From Pyrinomonadaceae bacterium (GTDB lineage Bacteria > Acidobacteriota > Blastocatellia > Pyrinomonadales > Pyrinomonadaceae): a stretch of 64,000 bases of DNA. The notes under the pieces were generated by a model. That model was not told where the DNA came from. It searched no databases and saw only the letters and a program-made list of their open reading frames with translations. Position numbers and translations under genes: made by a program. The stretch is from contig JBGSWW010000156.1 of assembly GCA_041751735.1 (NCBI GenBank), forward strand, positions 29,330 through 93,329. Reading direction: 5' to 3'. The stretch's first letter is position 1; each line of letters opens with the position of its first letter. Below, piece by piece: positions 1 to 8,761 of the stretch.

Positions 1-135
1 GAGCCCAATTTCCGAATCGCCGATGAGGCATTGAAAATGAAAACTGCCTACGATCTAAAAGCCGAATTGGACGAGGGGCTTAAACTCACGGTTTCCGACT
101 TCAATCCACTTAGGCTGACCCGAGAACGGAAATGA
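1..135 (+). CDS. 3' end of a CDS running off the left edge (45 codons, unknown product)
   Basis: Frame 1 is open from base 1 to TGA at 133-135. That stop overlaps the next ATG (ATGA coupling). No recognisable motif. Confidence 0.3.
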   Translation, partial: EPNFRIADEALKMKTAYDLKAELDEGLKLTVSDFNPLRLTRERK

Positions 136-866
136 CCCAACAGGACGAGAAGATCAATGACGTGATCGACGTCGAAGAAATAGATACAGCCGTGGCTCCG
201 CGACGCGAGAACACTCTGCAGAACAAGCGATCAGCGGACCCGACCCCCTCGGCTGCTCCAACCTATATTGTACTTCCGCTCCTTTTCCTTTCCGTGACAC
301 TGCTCGGTGGGTTGCGTTTGGGGGCATCTGATAACTCCTTCATCTTTCTCAAACCGGCACTCATTTGTTTGGTCTTCGCCGCAGTTACCCTGGTCCTTTT
401 TTTCCGGGCCGGCCTGATCTCGATCGATGGCTGGCTGTCGGACGGCTTCACGATGCTGCGGAACGCAGCAAACGCGGCCATTCTAATTACCCTTTTCACG
501 GCGACCGTGCAGCTTTTCAATGCCCTTTTACCTGAGCAGGGACTTCCGTTTTGGATCGTCGGATTCTGCTTTTTCTGGACACTTTGGAACAACCTTTTCG
601 CCGGCTTCGACACCCAACGGCTGTTACGAAGCCTCGGGGCCCTTTTCGGCCTGGCATTTGTAGTTAAATACCTGGTGCTGATAAACCTCACGGCTCCCGA
701 GGGGACGAGTTGGCTCCAGCGTATCATCGAGAACCCTGGCCGCGAAGCCTTTACCTGGCTTCTTGACCTGCCGCGATACGGTCCGGGAACAGGGTATATA
801 CAGTTTTTTGTTCTTGTTTTATATTTGATCGGTCTTTATCTGACCCCAAAATCGACCCAAAAATGA
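132..866 (+). CDS. integral membrane protein, unknown function
   Basis: 244 aa ORF with several long hydrophobic segments (LPLLFLSVTLLGGL, LICLVFAAVTLVLFF, FWIVGFCFFWTLW, FFVLVLYLIGLYL). Stop overlaps the next ATG. Confidence 0.6.
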   Translation: MTQQDEKINDVIDVEEIDTAVAPRRENTLQNKRSADPTPSAAPTYIVLPLLFLSVTLLGGLRLGASDNSFIFLKPALICLVFAAVTLVLFFRAGLISIDGWLSDGFTMLRNAANAAILITLFTATVQLFNALLPEQGLPFWIVGFCFFWTLWNNLFAGFDTQRLLRSLGALFGLAFVVKYLVLINLTAPEGTSWLQRIIENPGREAFTWLLDLPRYGPGTGYIQFFVLVLYLIGLYLTPKSTQK

Positions 867-2377
867 AGTTCATATCTGCCCTCCTGTTCGCGTTTTTGCT
901 CGGACTTACGGCCCCAGCCCAATCACCCTCAAAGATCTTAAGCCAGGCTGAAAAAGCGATGGGCGGAAGTAAAGCTCTCAAGGCTATACGCTCGATTCGA
1001 CGTTCCGGGCGCATAAAACGACTGGCCGACGGAACTGAGGGCGATTACGTTTTTCAAACATCACAGCCAAATCTTATGAACGTCAGTTATGACCTCAGCG
1101 GGTTTGAAACGGAAACGGGATACAACGGCCGCTCAGGCTGGACGCGAAATTCCCGCGATGGACTTAGTACACTCACTGGCGATCCCAGTGTCCAACTCGC
1201 GGCCGCTGCCGGATATCGTAATAACCTCTGGCTGAGGTACAAGGATGAGAAAGCAAAACTCACATCCGGCGGCCGATCCGTGATCGACGGCCGGAACGTG
1301 AATATTGTGACCTTATCGAGCCCAAGAGGTTCGTCCATCCGTCTATTCTTTGATGTAAGTGCCGGTTTGCTCATCCGTGACGAGGTGCCCATCGGCGGTT
1401 CGCTGGTTGTGACCGACTACGGCGATTACAGAAGCGTTTCCAACGTCAAGCAGCCTTTTTTCGAACGGATCACGATTGACGGCGAGGCTTACGAGGCACG
1501 ACATGACACGGTCAGCATCAATCGATCCATAGCCGTTTCAGAGTTCAATTTCCCCACCGCATCCGGCGACCCGCTGCCGGATGTCTCCGCGCTCCTCAAA
1601 GAGCTGCAAGCCAACGAAGATAACGTCGAATCATTAATTGATAAGTATTCATTCATACAAAAAAGTATTAAACGCGAGCTCGGAAAGGACGGCGTTTTAC
1701 GCGACACCCAGTCCGAAACCGTGCAGCTCTCATTCTACAAGGGCCGCCGGATCAGTCGTCTAATAGAAAAGAACGGACGTCCGCTTAATGTCAAAGAACA
1801 GGAGGAAGCTGATAAGGACGCAGCCAAACGCGTCGAAGAGATCGAGAAAGAGATCGCAAAGGAAGATGCACAAATGCTCAAGCAGGATCGCACGGGCACG
1901 CCTTCGAGCGATTCCAGAAGGGTCTCGATCGCCGAGGTCCTTCGTGCTTCCAACCTTTTAAACCCTCGCCGCGAGCGTTTTCGGGGGCGTGATGTGATCG
2001 TTTTTGATTTCGAGCCGAACCCGGAATTCGACATGCGTAATGCCAAGAGCATGCTCAAATTTTTCGGCAAAACCGCGGGAGTCATGTGGATCGATGAAAA
2101 AGACAAACAGGTAGCACGTCTGGAGGCCGTCTTATACGAAAGCTACAAGGTCGGCGGCGGCCTGCTGGCTAAGCTGAACAAAGGTGCATCGTTTACCCTT
2201 GAAAAAGAAAGGGTAAACGATGAGGTCTGGCTTCCATCACAAACCGATATAAATCTATCGGTTCGGGTACTTCTGCTGAAAGGTATCAGCGTCAATCAGG
2301 TCATTCGCTCTTATAATTATCGCGTGTTCGAAACCGAGGTCACTGACGCAAAAGTGAACGAAACCGTTAAACCTTAG
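863..2377 (+). CDS. secreted protein of unknown function
   Basis: 504 aa ORF with an N-terminal signal peptide (MKFISALLFAFLLGLTAPAQ). ATGA overlap with the upstream gene. No family motif recognised. Confidence 0.65.
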   Translation: MKFISALLFAFLLGLTAPAQSPSKILSQAEKAMGGSKALKAIRSIRRSGRIKRLADGTEGDYVFQTSQPNLMNVSYDLSGFETETGYNGRSGWTRNSRDGLSTLTGDPSVQLAAAAGYRNNLWLRYKDEKAKLTSGGRSVIDGRNVNIVTLSSPRGSSIRLFFDVSAGLLIRDEVPIGGSLVVTDYGDYRSVSNVKQPFFERITIDGEAYEARHDTVSINRSIAVSEFNFPTASGDPLPDVSALLKELQANEDNVESLIDKYSFIQKSIKRELGKDGVLRDTQSETVQLSFYKGRRISRLIEKNGRPLNVKEQEEADKDAAKRVEEIEKEIAKEDAQMLKQDRTGTPSSDSRRVSIAEVLRASNLLNPRRERFRGRDVIVFDFEPNPEFDMRNAKSMLKFFGKTAGVMWIDEKDKQVARLEAVLYESYKVGGGLLAKLNKGASFTLEKERVNDEVWLPSQTDINLSVRVLLLKGISVNQVIRSYNYRVFETEVTDAKVNETVKP

Positions 2378-3189
2378 TCGATCACGATCTCAACACTCTT
2401 GCCATCGCGTTTCACCTTCAGCTTTTTACCCTTAGCGGGTTTCCCTACCGATGCGCGGTCTGTCAGATCCTGATCGTCCACGGACTCGATGATATCGCCT
2501 GCCTTTACTCCGGCCTTAGCCGCGGCGGTATTTGGAGAAACTGAGTCGGCTTTCCATCCACCCTCGCCAAAAAGTGCATTGACACCGATCTTTGTAAGGA
2601 CCTCACCCGCCGGAGTGCCTTTTATCTCCTCCGGTTTATCAGCTATCGGGTCGTCGCCAGCCGATGATGGTTTTTTTGCGTCGGTTGCGCTAATTACATA
2701 TGAACCGCTATCGCGATCGTTTGTAACGTGTTTTTTAGGGGAAGACCTTTTGACCGATGCTGGTTTTGCGGCAATCTCACGGTTCGGTGATGTCGGCACG
2801 GCTTTGTCGTTAGAAACCGTAGCCACAACGGTTGGCGGCACCATAGATTCCGGGGCCGGAGCCGCCGGAACTTGCTGCACGATCACAGGACGGACCCGTT
2901 CGCCGACTGCCTGTTCGGAAGGATTATTATCGGTGACATAAAATGATGTTACGCCCACGTATCCACCGATCGCCAGCACGAGGCCGAGCGGCACCGCAGC
3001 TTTGATCGCGGTCGGCAGCCACAAGGGCTGGCTGTTCACCGGCCGGCCTTCAGCGATCCGGGCCTTTACACGAAATCCAAAATCGCCCGGTGCCTCAACG
3101 CGAGGCATCGCAGAAAGTAACTGACTGATCTTATCGTCCGCCGAGGTATCAATAACCGGCTCAAATTTTTGGGGGGTTAAATTTCCCAT
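2374..3189 (-). CDS. single-pass membrane protein with C-terminal PDZ-like domain, putative anti-sigma factor
   Basis: Starts 3 nt after the stop of the ECF sigma gene. One TM segment (AVPLGLVLAIGGYVGVTSFYV). The C-terminus (GVKAGDIIESVDDQDL...KLKVKRDGKSVEIVID) resembles a PDZ domain. No zf-HC2 HxxxCxxC motif. Confidence 0.55.
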   Translation of the reverse strand: MGNLTPQKFEPVIDTSADDKISQLLSAMPRVEAPGDFGFRVKARIAEGRPVNSQPLWLPTAIKAAVPLGLVLAIGGYVGVTSFYVTDNNPSEQAVGERVRPVIVQQVPAAPAPESMVPPTVVATVSNDKAVPTSPNREIAAKPASVKRSSPKKHVTNDRDSGSYVISATDAKKPSSAGDDPIADKPEEIKGTPAGEVLTKIGVNALFGEGGWKADSVSPNTAAAKAGVKAGDIIESVDDQDLTDRASVGKPAKGKKLKVKRDGKSVEIVID

Positions 3190-3191
3190 CT

Positions 3192-3824
3192 TTATAAATA
3201 ATGCTGCAGCTTTTCTTTCAGCAGCCCTCGTCCGCGGCTGATCCGCGATTTTGTTGTCCCCAGGCCGAGCTCCATTATCTCGGCGATCTCATCGTACGAT
3301 TTCCCCTCGACATCCCTTAGCACGACCGGAATACGATATTTCTCCGGCAGAGCCGCGATCGCCCTGGCGATCACCTCGGTTCGTTCATAATCCACCAGTT
3401 CTTCATCCTGGAGGGTCCTGTGGTCCGGCGGCTGAAACTCCACCGAACTGTCTTCCTCCGATTGAAAGAGCCCCGTTAGCGATAGAAGCTTTCGTCGTTT
3501 TCGTCGGCGTATCTCGCTGATGGCGAGGTTTGTCGCGATCCGATAAATATAGGTCGAAAACGCGAACTGCGTGTGATATCTATCGAGTGCGAAGTAGACC
3601 CGTACAAAAGTTTCCTGTGCCAGGTCTACGGCTTCTTCGTAATCGTTCAAAAATCTATACAGGTAATTCGTTATCGAATTCCTATAACGGCTGACTATCT
3701 CTTCGAATGCAGATTCGTCGCCGTTCCGCGTGGCTTCGATCAGGGCATGATCGGACAATTTTTCTTCAGGCATCGAGGTTCGAAGTACCTCCAGCCCGAT
3801 AGAATTCGCGTTGTCGAAAGCCAT
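3192..3824 (-). CDS. ECF-type RNA polymerase sigma-70 family factor
   Basis: Region 2 (FEEIVSRYRNSITNYLYRFL..DLAQETFVRVY) and region 4 HTH (VVLRDVEGKSYDEIAEIMELGLGTTKSRISRGR) are present. Confidence 0.9.
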   Translation of the reverse strand: MAFDNANSIGLEVLRTSMPEEKLSDHALIEATRNGDESAFEEIVSRYRNSITNYLYRFLNDYEEAVDLAQETFVRVYFALDRYHTQFAFSTYIYRIATNLAISEIRRRKRRKLLSLTGLFQSEEDSSVEFQPPDHRTLQDEELVDYERTEVIARAIAALPEKYRIPVVLRDVEGKSYDEIAEIMELGLGTTKSRISRGRGLLKEKLQHYL

Positions 3825-3892
3825 ACATTCATACTATTTACAACAGAACTTCGCGCAAACACAAAGTCGCCCCATGTCTTCAAACACGCAAT

Positions 3893-3923
3893 GCCGGCGA
3901 GATTGTTGCGAAATCTCGCCGGC
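3893..3923 (-). terminator. hairpin just after the stop of the 3936..4553 gene
   Basis: 11-bp perfect stem GCCGGCGAGAT / ATCTCGCCGGC with a 9-nt loop. The trailing U tract is weak. Confidence 0.45.
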
Positions 3924-3935
3924 GAAGTGCGATTT

Positions 3936-4553
3936 TTATAGTTCCGCGTTGCGGACCGTCATCACGAGGAAGACGGTGCCGTCTGCCCCTGGAAGGTTAA
4001 GTGTGCCGATCAGCGTTGGCGAGTTTTCGGCCAGGCCCACCTTCGCCAGCGTAAGGCCGATCGATTCGTAATTGACAACCGAATTCGACTTTCCGCTTTC
4101 CGCGATCATCGAAACCGTTACCGGAACTCTCGCACCGAGCCGAAACACCTGGGCCTGAAAACCCCGCTGGCCCGAGGCCGTGGGGCCTCTTCGGAGATCG
4201 ATCAATGACCAGTCCAAAAAGGTCGGACGCGTCTTTTCCGACTCCTGGCCGAAGATGTTCGTAGTGCTTTTATATTCGAAATTCCCGGCATTAGTAACCC
4301 GTCCAAGGAATGTGCCGGCAAGCCGGTAGTTGCTAAAAGCGAACGAACTTTTTAGCTGCTTTGAAATGCTGCCGAGATTTGCCGGGATCTCCGGTCTGGC
4401 CGCCGGATCGTTGGAGCCAACGATCAACTGAAGGGAAACCTCATAACTCGGCTCAACCGGTCGACCCTCAGCCTGACCGTATATGCCAACCGAAGCGGCG
4501 CCGACCAGCAAAAAAACGAAAAGGGCCTTAAATAGAAACTTACTGTCTTTCAT
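3936..4553 (-). CDS. secreted protein of unknown function
   Basis: The internal ATG at 4553 gives a signal peptide (MKDSKFLFKALFVFLLVGAASVGIYGQ) and follows AAAGGAG. The longer ORF reaching 4643 has no signal-like N-terminus. Confidence 0.6.
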   Translation of the reverse strand: MKDSKFLFKALFVFLLVGAASVGIYGQAEGRPVEPSYEVSLQLIVGSNDPAARPEIPANLGSISKQLKSSFAFSNYRLAGTFLGRVTNAGNFEYKSTTNIFGQESEKTRPTFLDWSLIDLRRGPTASGQRGFQAQVFRLGARVPVTVSMIAESGKSNSVVNYESIGLTLAKVGLAENSPTLIGTLNLPGADGTVFLVMTVRNAEL

Positions 4554-4758
4554 CCGTATTCTCCTTTCTAATTTATGGGGAGTAGCAACCCCTTGCACCA
4601 TCAACCCTGCCCGAAGTTGCAATATAATAGAGAGTGTGGCCAAGGTCTTGAATTAGTAGTGGGGTTGCGCAGGTCGATTCCTCTGCGAGTCAGCGAGGGA
4701 ATAAACGCTGGCTCAGTCGCGGCAGACTCACCGAATTCGCCCCGAAAACACGAAAAAG

Positions 4759-5047
4759 TGTCCCAGCTTGGTACAGGCGATTTCCCCGTATCACTTGTAA
4801 CTAGAAGAACTTACAGACGACCTCATGTGTCCCAGCAAATTGGCGAAGTCCTGTATTACAATGTAATACATCGGCCAAATACGGGATACCTGGGAGGCGA
4901 CATGGGAAATTCCACGCCCGCCGAGTTACTTTCGAGATAGTCCCCCAATCGAAACTTGAAATTTTCAGACATCAGTCGTGCCATTTGTTAGAAAGGACCG
5001 CTCACCGCAACAGGCTAGCGTATTTTTTGAGCTTTCGGGTAGTCCAC
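4759..5047. repeat. copy 1 of a paralogous non-coding element (second copy at 44999..45303)
   Basis: Two TGTCCCA boxes lie 69 nt apart (4759, 4828). Blocks of recognisable similarity follow. The 35-nt core at 5013-5047 is 30/35 identical to 45269-45303. Order and orientation match copy 2. Confidence 0.75.
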
Positions 5048-5053
5048 TTGTCG

Positions 5054-5148
5054 CACTTTGTAGCATTTGTCACACTTTGTAGTATTTGACACACTTTGTA
5101 GCATTTGACACCCTTTGTAGCATTTGTCACGACTTGTATCATTTGTCA
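5054..5148. repeat. tandem array of five exact-period 19-bp direct repeats (partial units extend it to about 5045..5160)
   Basis: The units are cactttgtagcatttgtca / cactttgtagtatttgaca / cactttgtagcatttgaca / ccctttgtagcatttgtca / cgacttgtatcatttgtca. Each is made of two half-units of about 9-10 nt containing TTTGT. Confidence 0.9.
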
Positions 5149-5277
5149 CGACTTTTTATCCTCCCTTCGCGGCATTTGCGCCAGGGCCGCGGCCGGCCAC
5201 TATGAGAGCTTTTTTTTGACGAAAACTTGGGAACTTCACTCAGCCGATCCTGTTGGGCTGAAGCCGGTTTGGAAGGG

Positions 5278-7521
5278 TCACCGCCCTTGTCGGATCAGGA
5301 CGACGTCGCGGATCTCGCTGCTGCGGGTCATGGCGAGCTTTTTACCGTCGAGCGACCAGGCAAAATCGCCGATGGTGTATGAACCGAAATTGGTAATTTG
5401 TACGGGAGTAGAGCCATCGAGCGGCTGTCGCCACAGATCACCGACTTTACCGTTGGATTTAGCGTAAACGATCGATCGGCCGTCGGAACTCCACCGAGCC
5501 ACGCGGCCAATGATGTTGTCCGGTATCCTGAAGCTTTGGACACGCTCACCGTCGGAGGTCCGTGCGATCGCGATCCTCCATTCACCTTTGCCGGATATCG
5601 AAGTGTCCATGTAAAAATAGGAGATCATCTCACCATCAGGTGAAAGGGACGGGTAGATCGAATGCGTTTTTGTGACCTGGCTGGCCTCGCCGCCATCGAT
5701 CGGCATTGTCCATATTGTACTCGTCACTTCGCCGACGCCTGACTGATAGAAGAAACGTTTTCCGTCGGGCGATATTCGCGGATAAACCTCCCCACTGCCG
5801 TCAGTCAAACGTGTGATATTGCCTCCGTGGGTATTGGCCCGCCAGATATTATATTTGCCGCCGCGGTAAGAGGAAAAAAGTATAGTGCTTCCGTCCGGTG
5901 AAACTGACATTCCCTTATCGGGCATCGCATCGGTAGTGACCTGCTTCTGCTGACGGCCGCTGCTGGACATGCTCCAGAGATTCAGCTTCCCACTCGCCCC
6001 TGAACGGTAGATAATGTTTTCGCTGCCGGCCCATCCGATCTCACCGTAATCTATTGTCTCGCTGACAAGTTGTGTCGGTGGGCCGACCTCGGATTTATGC
6101 TCAGAACTCCATATCCCCGAATTAGTAGTTAGCTGAACGGCAACCATTTCCTCCCCGCTTGCAGCGGCTGCGATGGACGAGTATGAATTCGAATCGTTTG
6201 TAAGTTTGACAGCTTCTCCACCGTCGAGGCCCTGATACCAGACCTGAGTCGGGGAACTTGCATCGTCATTGGCTGTAAGGACCAGCCCCTTGCCCCCGGG
6301 TGTCCACAAAACACTTTCTACACGTGGAAAACGCCGCATCTTGACGGGCGATACGGTGCCGTCGGCGACTTTTATCGCCATCACAGCCCCAAAGTCACCC
6401 GTTTCGTCGACGATCTTCGCTGCGCACGCTACTGTCTCCCCGTCAGGCGACCACGCGACTGTCGCTCCCGGAAAAACAAAATAGCTCGGGTTCTTTAAAA
6501 TGGTTAGTACCTTATCGTCGGAACCGTCGGCGTTTGCGGTACGGAGCACTGTGCCGCCCGCCCCGCTGCTGCTGACCACATACGCAAACCTCTTTCCGTC
6601 AGGAGAAAAGCTGATCCCGCTGCACGAAACGTTCGGCAGTTCTTCAACAACTCCCCCAAGTACCGGAAGCCGGATCAGTAACGGATCGGCCTGTTTTGCG
6701 GTAAAAACGGTTCCGTAGATCTGGGTACTGTCGGGCGAGAACGTGAGCCCCCAGTATTCCACAGCATCAGCGCCGCGAAGCTGAATGCTGCTCGATTCGG
6801 TGACCTGCCTCATCCACAGACTTTGCCCCAGATCTTCTGTCTGGGCGTAAACGAAGTACTTTCCATCGGGTGAAATGGCCGCGCTATTTACCCTCCCGAT
6901 GGATGTGAGCCGCGTGAACGTCGGCCGCTGAAATGGCGGGGCCGCGGTGCCCGTAGGGACGGTTAAATAAAGCCAGAATGCAAGCCCGGCGGCGAGCAGG
7001 ACCGCCGGGACCCCGGCAGCCACGGCGATCCTTCCTAAACGTCTGGTAGCGAGATTGGCAGTCACGTCGTCAGTGATCGCTTTCCGATCGACGGCATGGC
7101 TGTTCGCGTGAGATGTCAAACGATCTTCATCGACCTCTTCTTCAACGATGAATCTCTGATATTCGCTGCTGGCAACAACGATCTCGTTGGTATGCAGTTC
7201 TTCCACATCGCTAACGAATCTATAGCCCTTGCCCGGAACGGTAACAATGTATCGATGCTGGCCTTTTATCTCGCCCAGTGCACGACGAAGCGCGGCGATG
7301 TGTACGGTGAGGTTGTTTTCCTCTACAAACTGGTCCTCCCAGACCGTGTCGAGGAGATCGTTTTTCGAGATCGTCCGACCGTGATTCTCGACGAGGGCGA
7401 CGAGTAGGTCAAAATCCTTGGGACTAATATTCACGGCTTCGCCTTCCCTCGAAAGTAATCGACGGTCGATATCTACCTCGAAATCCCCGAAAGCATAGCC
7501 TTTATTAGATCCGTTACTCAC
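5278..7521 (-). CDS. membrane-anchored CadC/ToxR-like winged-helix transcriptional regulator with periplasmic TolB-like beta-propeller repeats
   Basis: The N-terminus is an OmpR/PhoB-type wHTH (FGDFEVDIDRRLLSREGEAVNISPKDFDLLVALVENHGRTISKNDLLDTVW...VHIAALRRAL...YIVTVPGKGYRF). One TM follows (IAVAAGVPAVLLAAGLAFWLYL). Then come many SPDG-type PD40/TolB repeats (ISPDGKYF, FSPDGKRF, WSPDGETV, VSPDGSTI, ISPDGKRF, LSPDGEMI, WSSDGRSI, WSLDGKKL). Confidence 0.85.
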   Translation of the reverse strand: MSNGSNKGYAFGDFEVDIDRRLLSREGEAVNISPKDFDLLVALVENHGRTISKNDLLDTVWEDQFVEENNLTVHIAALRRALGEIKGQHRYIVTVPGKGYRFVSDVEELHTNEIVVASSEYQRFIVEEEVDEDRLTSHANSHAVDRKAITDDVTANLATRRLGRIAVAAGVPAVLLAAGLAFWLYLTVPTGTAAPPFQRPTFTRLTSIGRVNSAAISPDGKYFVYAQTEDLGQSLWMRQVTESSSIQLRGADAVEYWGLTFSPDSTQIYGTVFTAKQADPLLIRLPVLGGVVEELPNVSCSGISFSPDGKRFAYVVSSSGAGGTVLRTANADGSDDKVLTILKNPSYFVFPGATVAWSPDGETVACAAKIVDETGDFGAVMAIKVADGTVSPVKMRRFPRVESVLWTPGGKGLVLTANDDASSPTQVWYQGLDGGEAVKLTNDSNSYSSIAAAASGEEMVAVQLTTNSGIWSSEHKSEVGPPTQLVSETIDYGEIGWAGSENIIYRSGASGKLNLWSMSSSGRQQKQVTTDAMPDKGMSVSPDGSTILFSSYRGGKYNIWRANTHGGNITRLTDGSGEVYPRISPDGKRFFYQSGVGEVTSTIWTMPIDGGEASQVTKTHSIYPSLSPDGEMISYFYMDTSISGKGEWRIAIARTSDGERVQSFRIPDNIIGRVARWSSDGRSIVYAKSNGKVGDLWRQPLDGSTPVQITNFGSYTIGDFAWSLDGKKLAMTRSSEIRDVVLIRQGR

Positions 7522-7685
7522 CGTGTTAATAAAGATTAGGAAAAATTAGCGTTCAAATTAAGGACTTTTTCTGAGTTGGGACGAACAATACCGTTCATTG
7601 CACAAAGAGTTTCGATTTTTCCGGGGGTTGGCAAATCATAGCAGATGCAATTCGGTCTAGACAAGAAAATCTCGCTTCGAACAAT

Positions 7686-8015
7686 ATGAGGAAACGCCGT
7701 ACGGAAATAACGATCGAAACCAGGAAATTGACCATCGTCCGCACCAGCGTTCGCAAAAGCGAACTGACACGATGCCCGCATTGCGGAAGCAATGTATCCA
7801 CAATGTCGGAGAAAAGTGCGCTGGCGATCTTCGGATTGAATGCGCGAGACCTGGAGGATCTAACAAATTCAGGAAGGCTCCATCATGCCAGCGACGAGGA
7901 GCTATGTGGCGAGTCACTGTCCGGTTATTTCGATAGTCGACAGGCGATCGACGACGGGAACCATCGCTTAGCAGCCATGGAATTAATTCAGCAAAACTGT
8001 ATGGAGGAAATATGA
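7686..8015 (+). CDS. small protein with CxxC knuckle followed by an excisionase/MerR-like HTH-like segment (putative)
   Basis: 109 aa. The pattern RRTEITIETRKLTIVR...CPHCGS...SEKSALAIFGLNARDLEDLTNSGRLHH...LCGESL matches a family of small proteins I recall from soil-bacterial genomes. Stop overlaps the next ATG (ATGA). Confidence 0.45.
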   Translation: MRKRRTEITIETRKLTIVRTSVRKSELTRCPHCGSNVSTMSEKSALAIFGLNARDLEDLTNSGRLHHASDEELCGESLSGYFDSRQAIDDGNHRLAAMELIQQNCMEEI

Positions 8016-8695
8016 AAACTACAAAACGTTATGTATCAGCAACACTGGGGTTCGTACTGTTAGCCGCAATAATGGCATTCTCTCTCCCGCAGACAGGACA
8101 TAGTTCATTTGCCGCGCCGCCCGACAAGGATGTTCGGGTGGTAAACACGGCTGCGGAGCCGGTGCCGGTACACATCCAGGGTGCTCCGAACGTAAATGTG
8201 ATGAACAATCCGATCGTCAGAGCCCAACAGAACGGGCCGTGGAATGTGGGGGTCTCAGGCGGTGTGTCGGTAGAAAACTCGGAGACCGTTCCGCTTTACA
8301 TCCGCGATGTTGACCGTCCTACGGCGCGGCCTTTTATGCGTGAGGTAGTGTTGAACGTGCCGACAGGATTCGGCGGGGAAAACGTCGACCTTGGGATAGT
8401 ACCGGGTGAGCTCGTCGTCATCGAACAGGTATCTGCATTTGGAGTCGCACCTACGAGTGAGGTGATCGAGCAATTCGCGATCCTAACCCGGGTGCCCCCC
8501 GATAACACGTATCGACCCCACTATTTGGATTTCACGTCACGGCCCAGCGTCACGGGATCAAACGCCTACACTGTCGCAAGTCAGCAGGTTCGCATCTATG
8601 CCGGGCCGGGCTCTTTCGCCCGTGTCGCCAGGCTTGGGTCAGCGGCCCCATTGACCTTCAGATTTATCCTCTCCGGGTACTACGCAAATGAATAA
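8012..8695 (+). CDS. secreted protein of unknown function
   Basis: GGAGG RBS. Signal peptide MKTTKRYVSATLGFVLLAAIMAFSL. No family recognised. Confidence 0.65.
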   Translation: MKTTKRYVSATLGFVLLAAIMAFSLPQTGHSSFAAPPDKDVRVVNTAAEPVPVHIQGAPNVNVMNNPIVRAQQNGPWNVGVSGGVSVENSETVPLYIRDVDRPTARPFMREVVLNVPTGFGGENVDLGIVPGELVVIEQVSAFGVAPTSEVIEQFAILTRVPPDNTYRPHYLDFTSRPSVTGSNAYTVASQQVRIYAGPGSFARVARLGSAAPLTFRFILSGYYANE

Positions 8696-8761
8696 ACAGG
8701 GGAGCCTTGTCAAAAAGAGGATCGAGCACGGTATTTAAATCAAGTACAAGGAGGTAAGGAT

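Noticed and set aside
5045-5160. Could the 19-bp repeat array be a small CRISPR array?
   Set aside because: The units abut one another with no spacers, are only 19 bp long, are degenerate, and have no cas genes nearby. It is a plain tandem direct repeat.
4575-5467. ORFs 4575-4940 (+) and 5105-5467 (+) in the first non-coding gap, and 44892-45227 (-) in the second
   Set aside because: There is no RBS and no recognisable motif. They lie on opposite strands in the two paralogous copies, so they are not conserved as coding sequence. The second one runs into the end of the convergent regulator gene.
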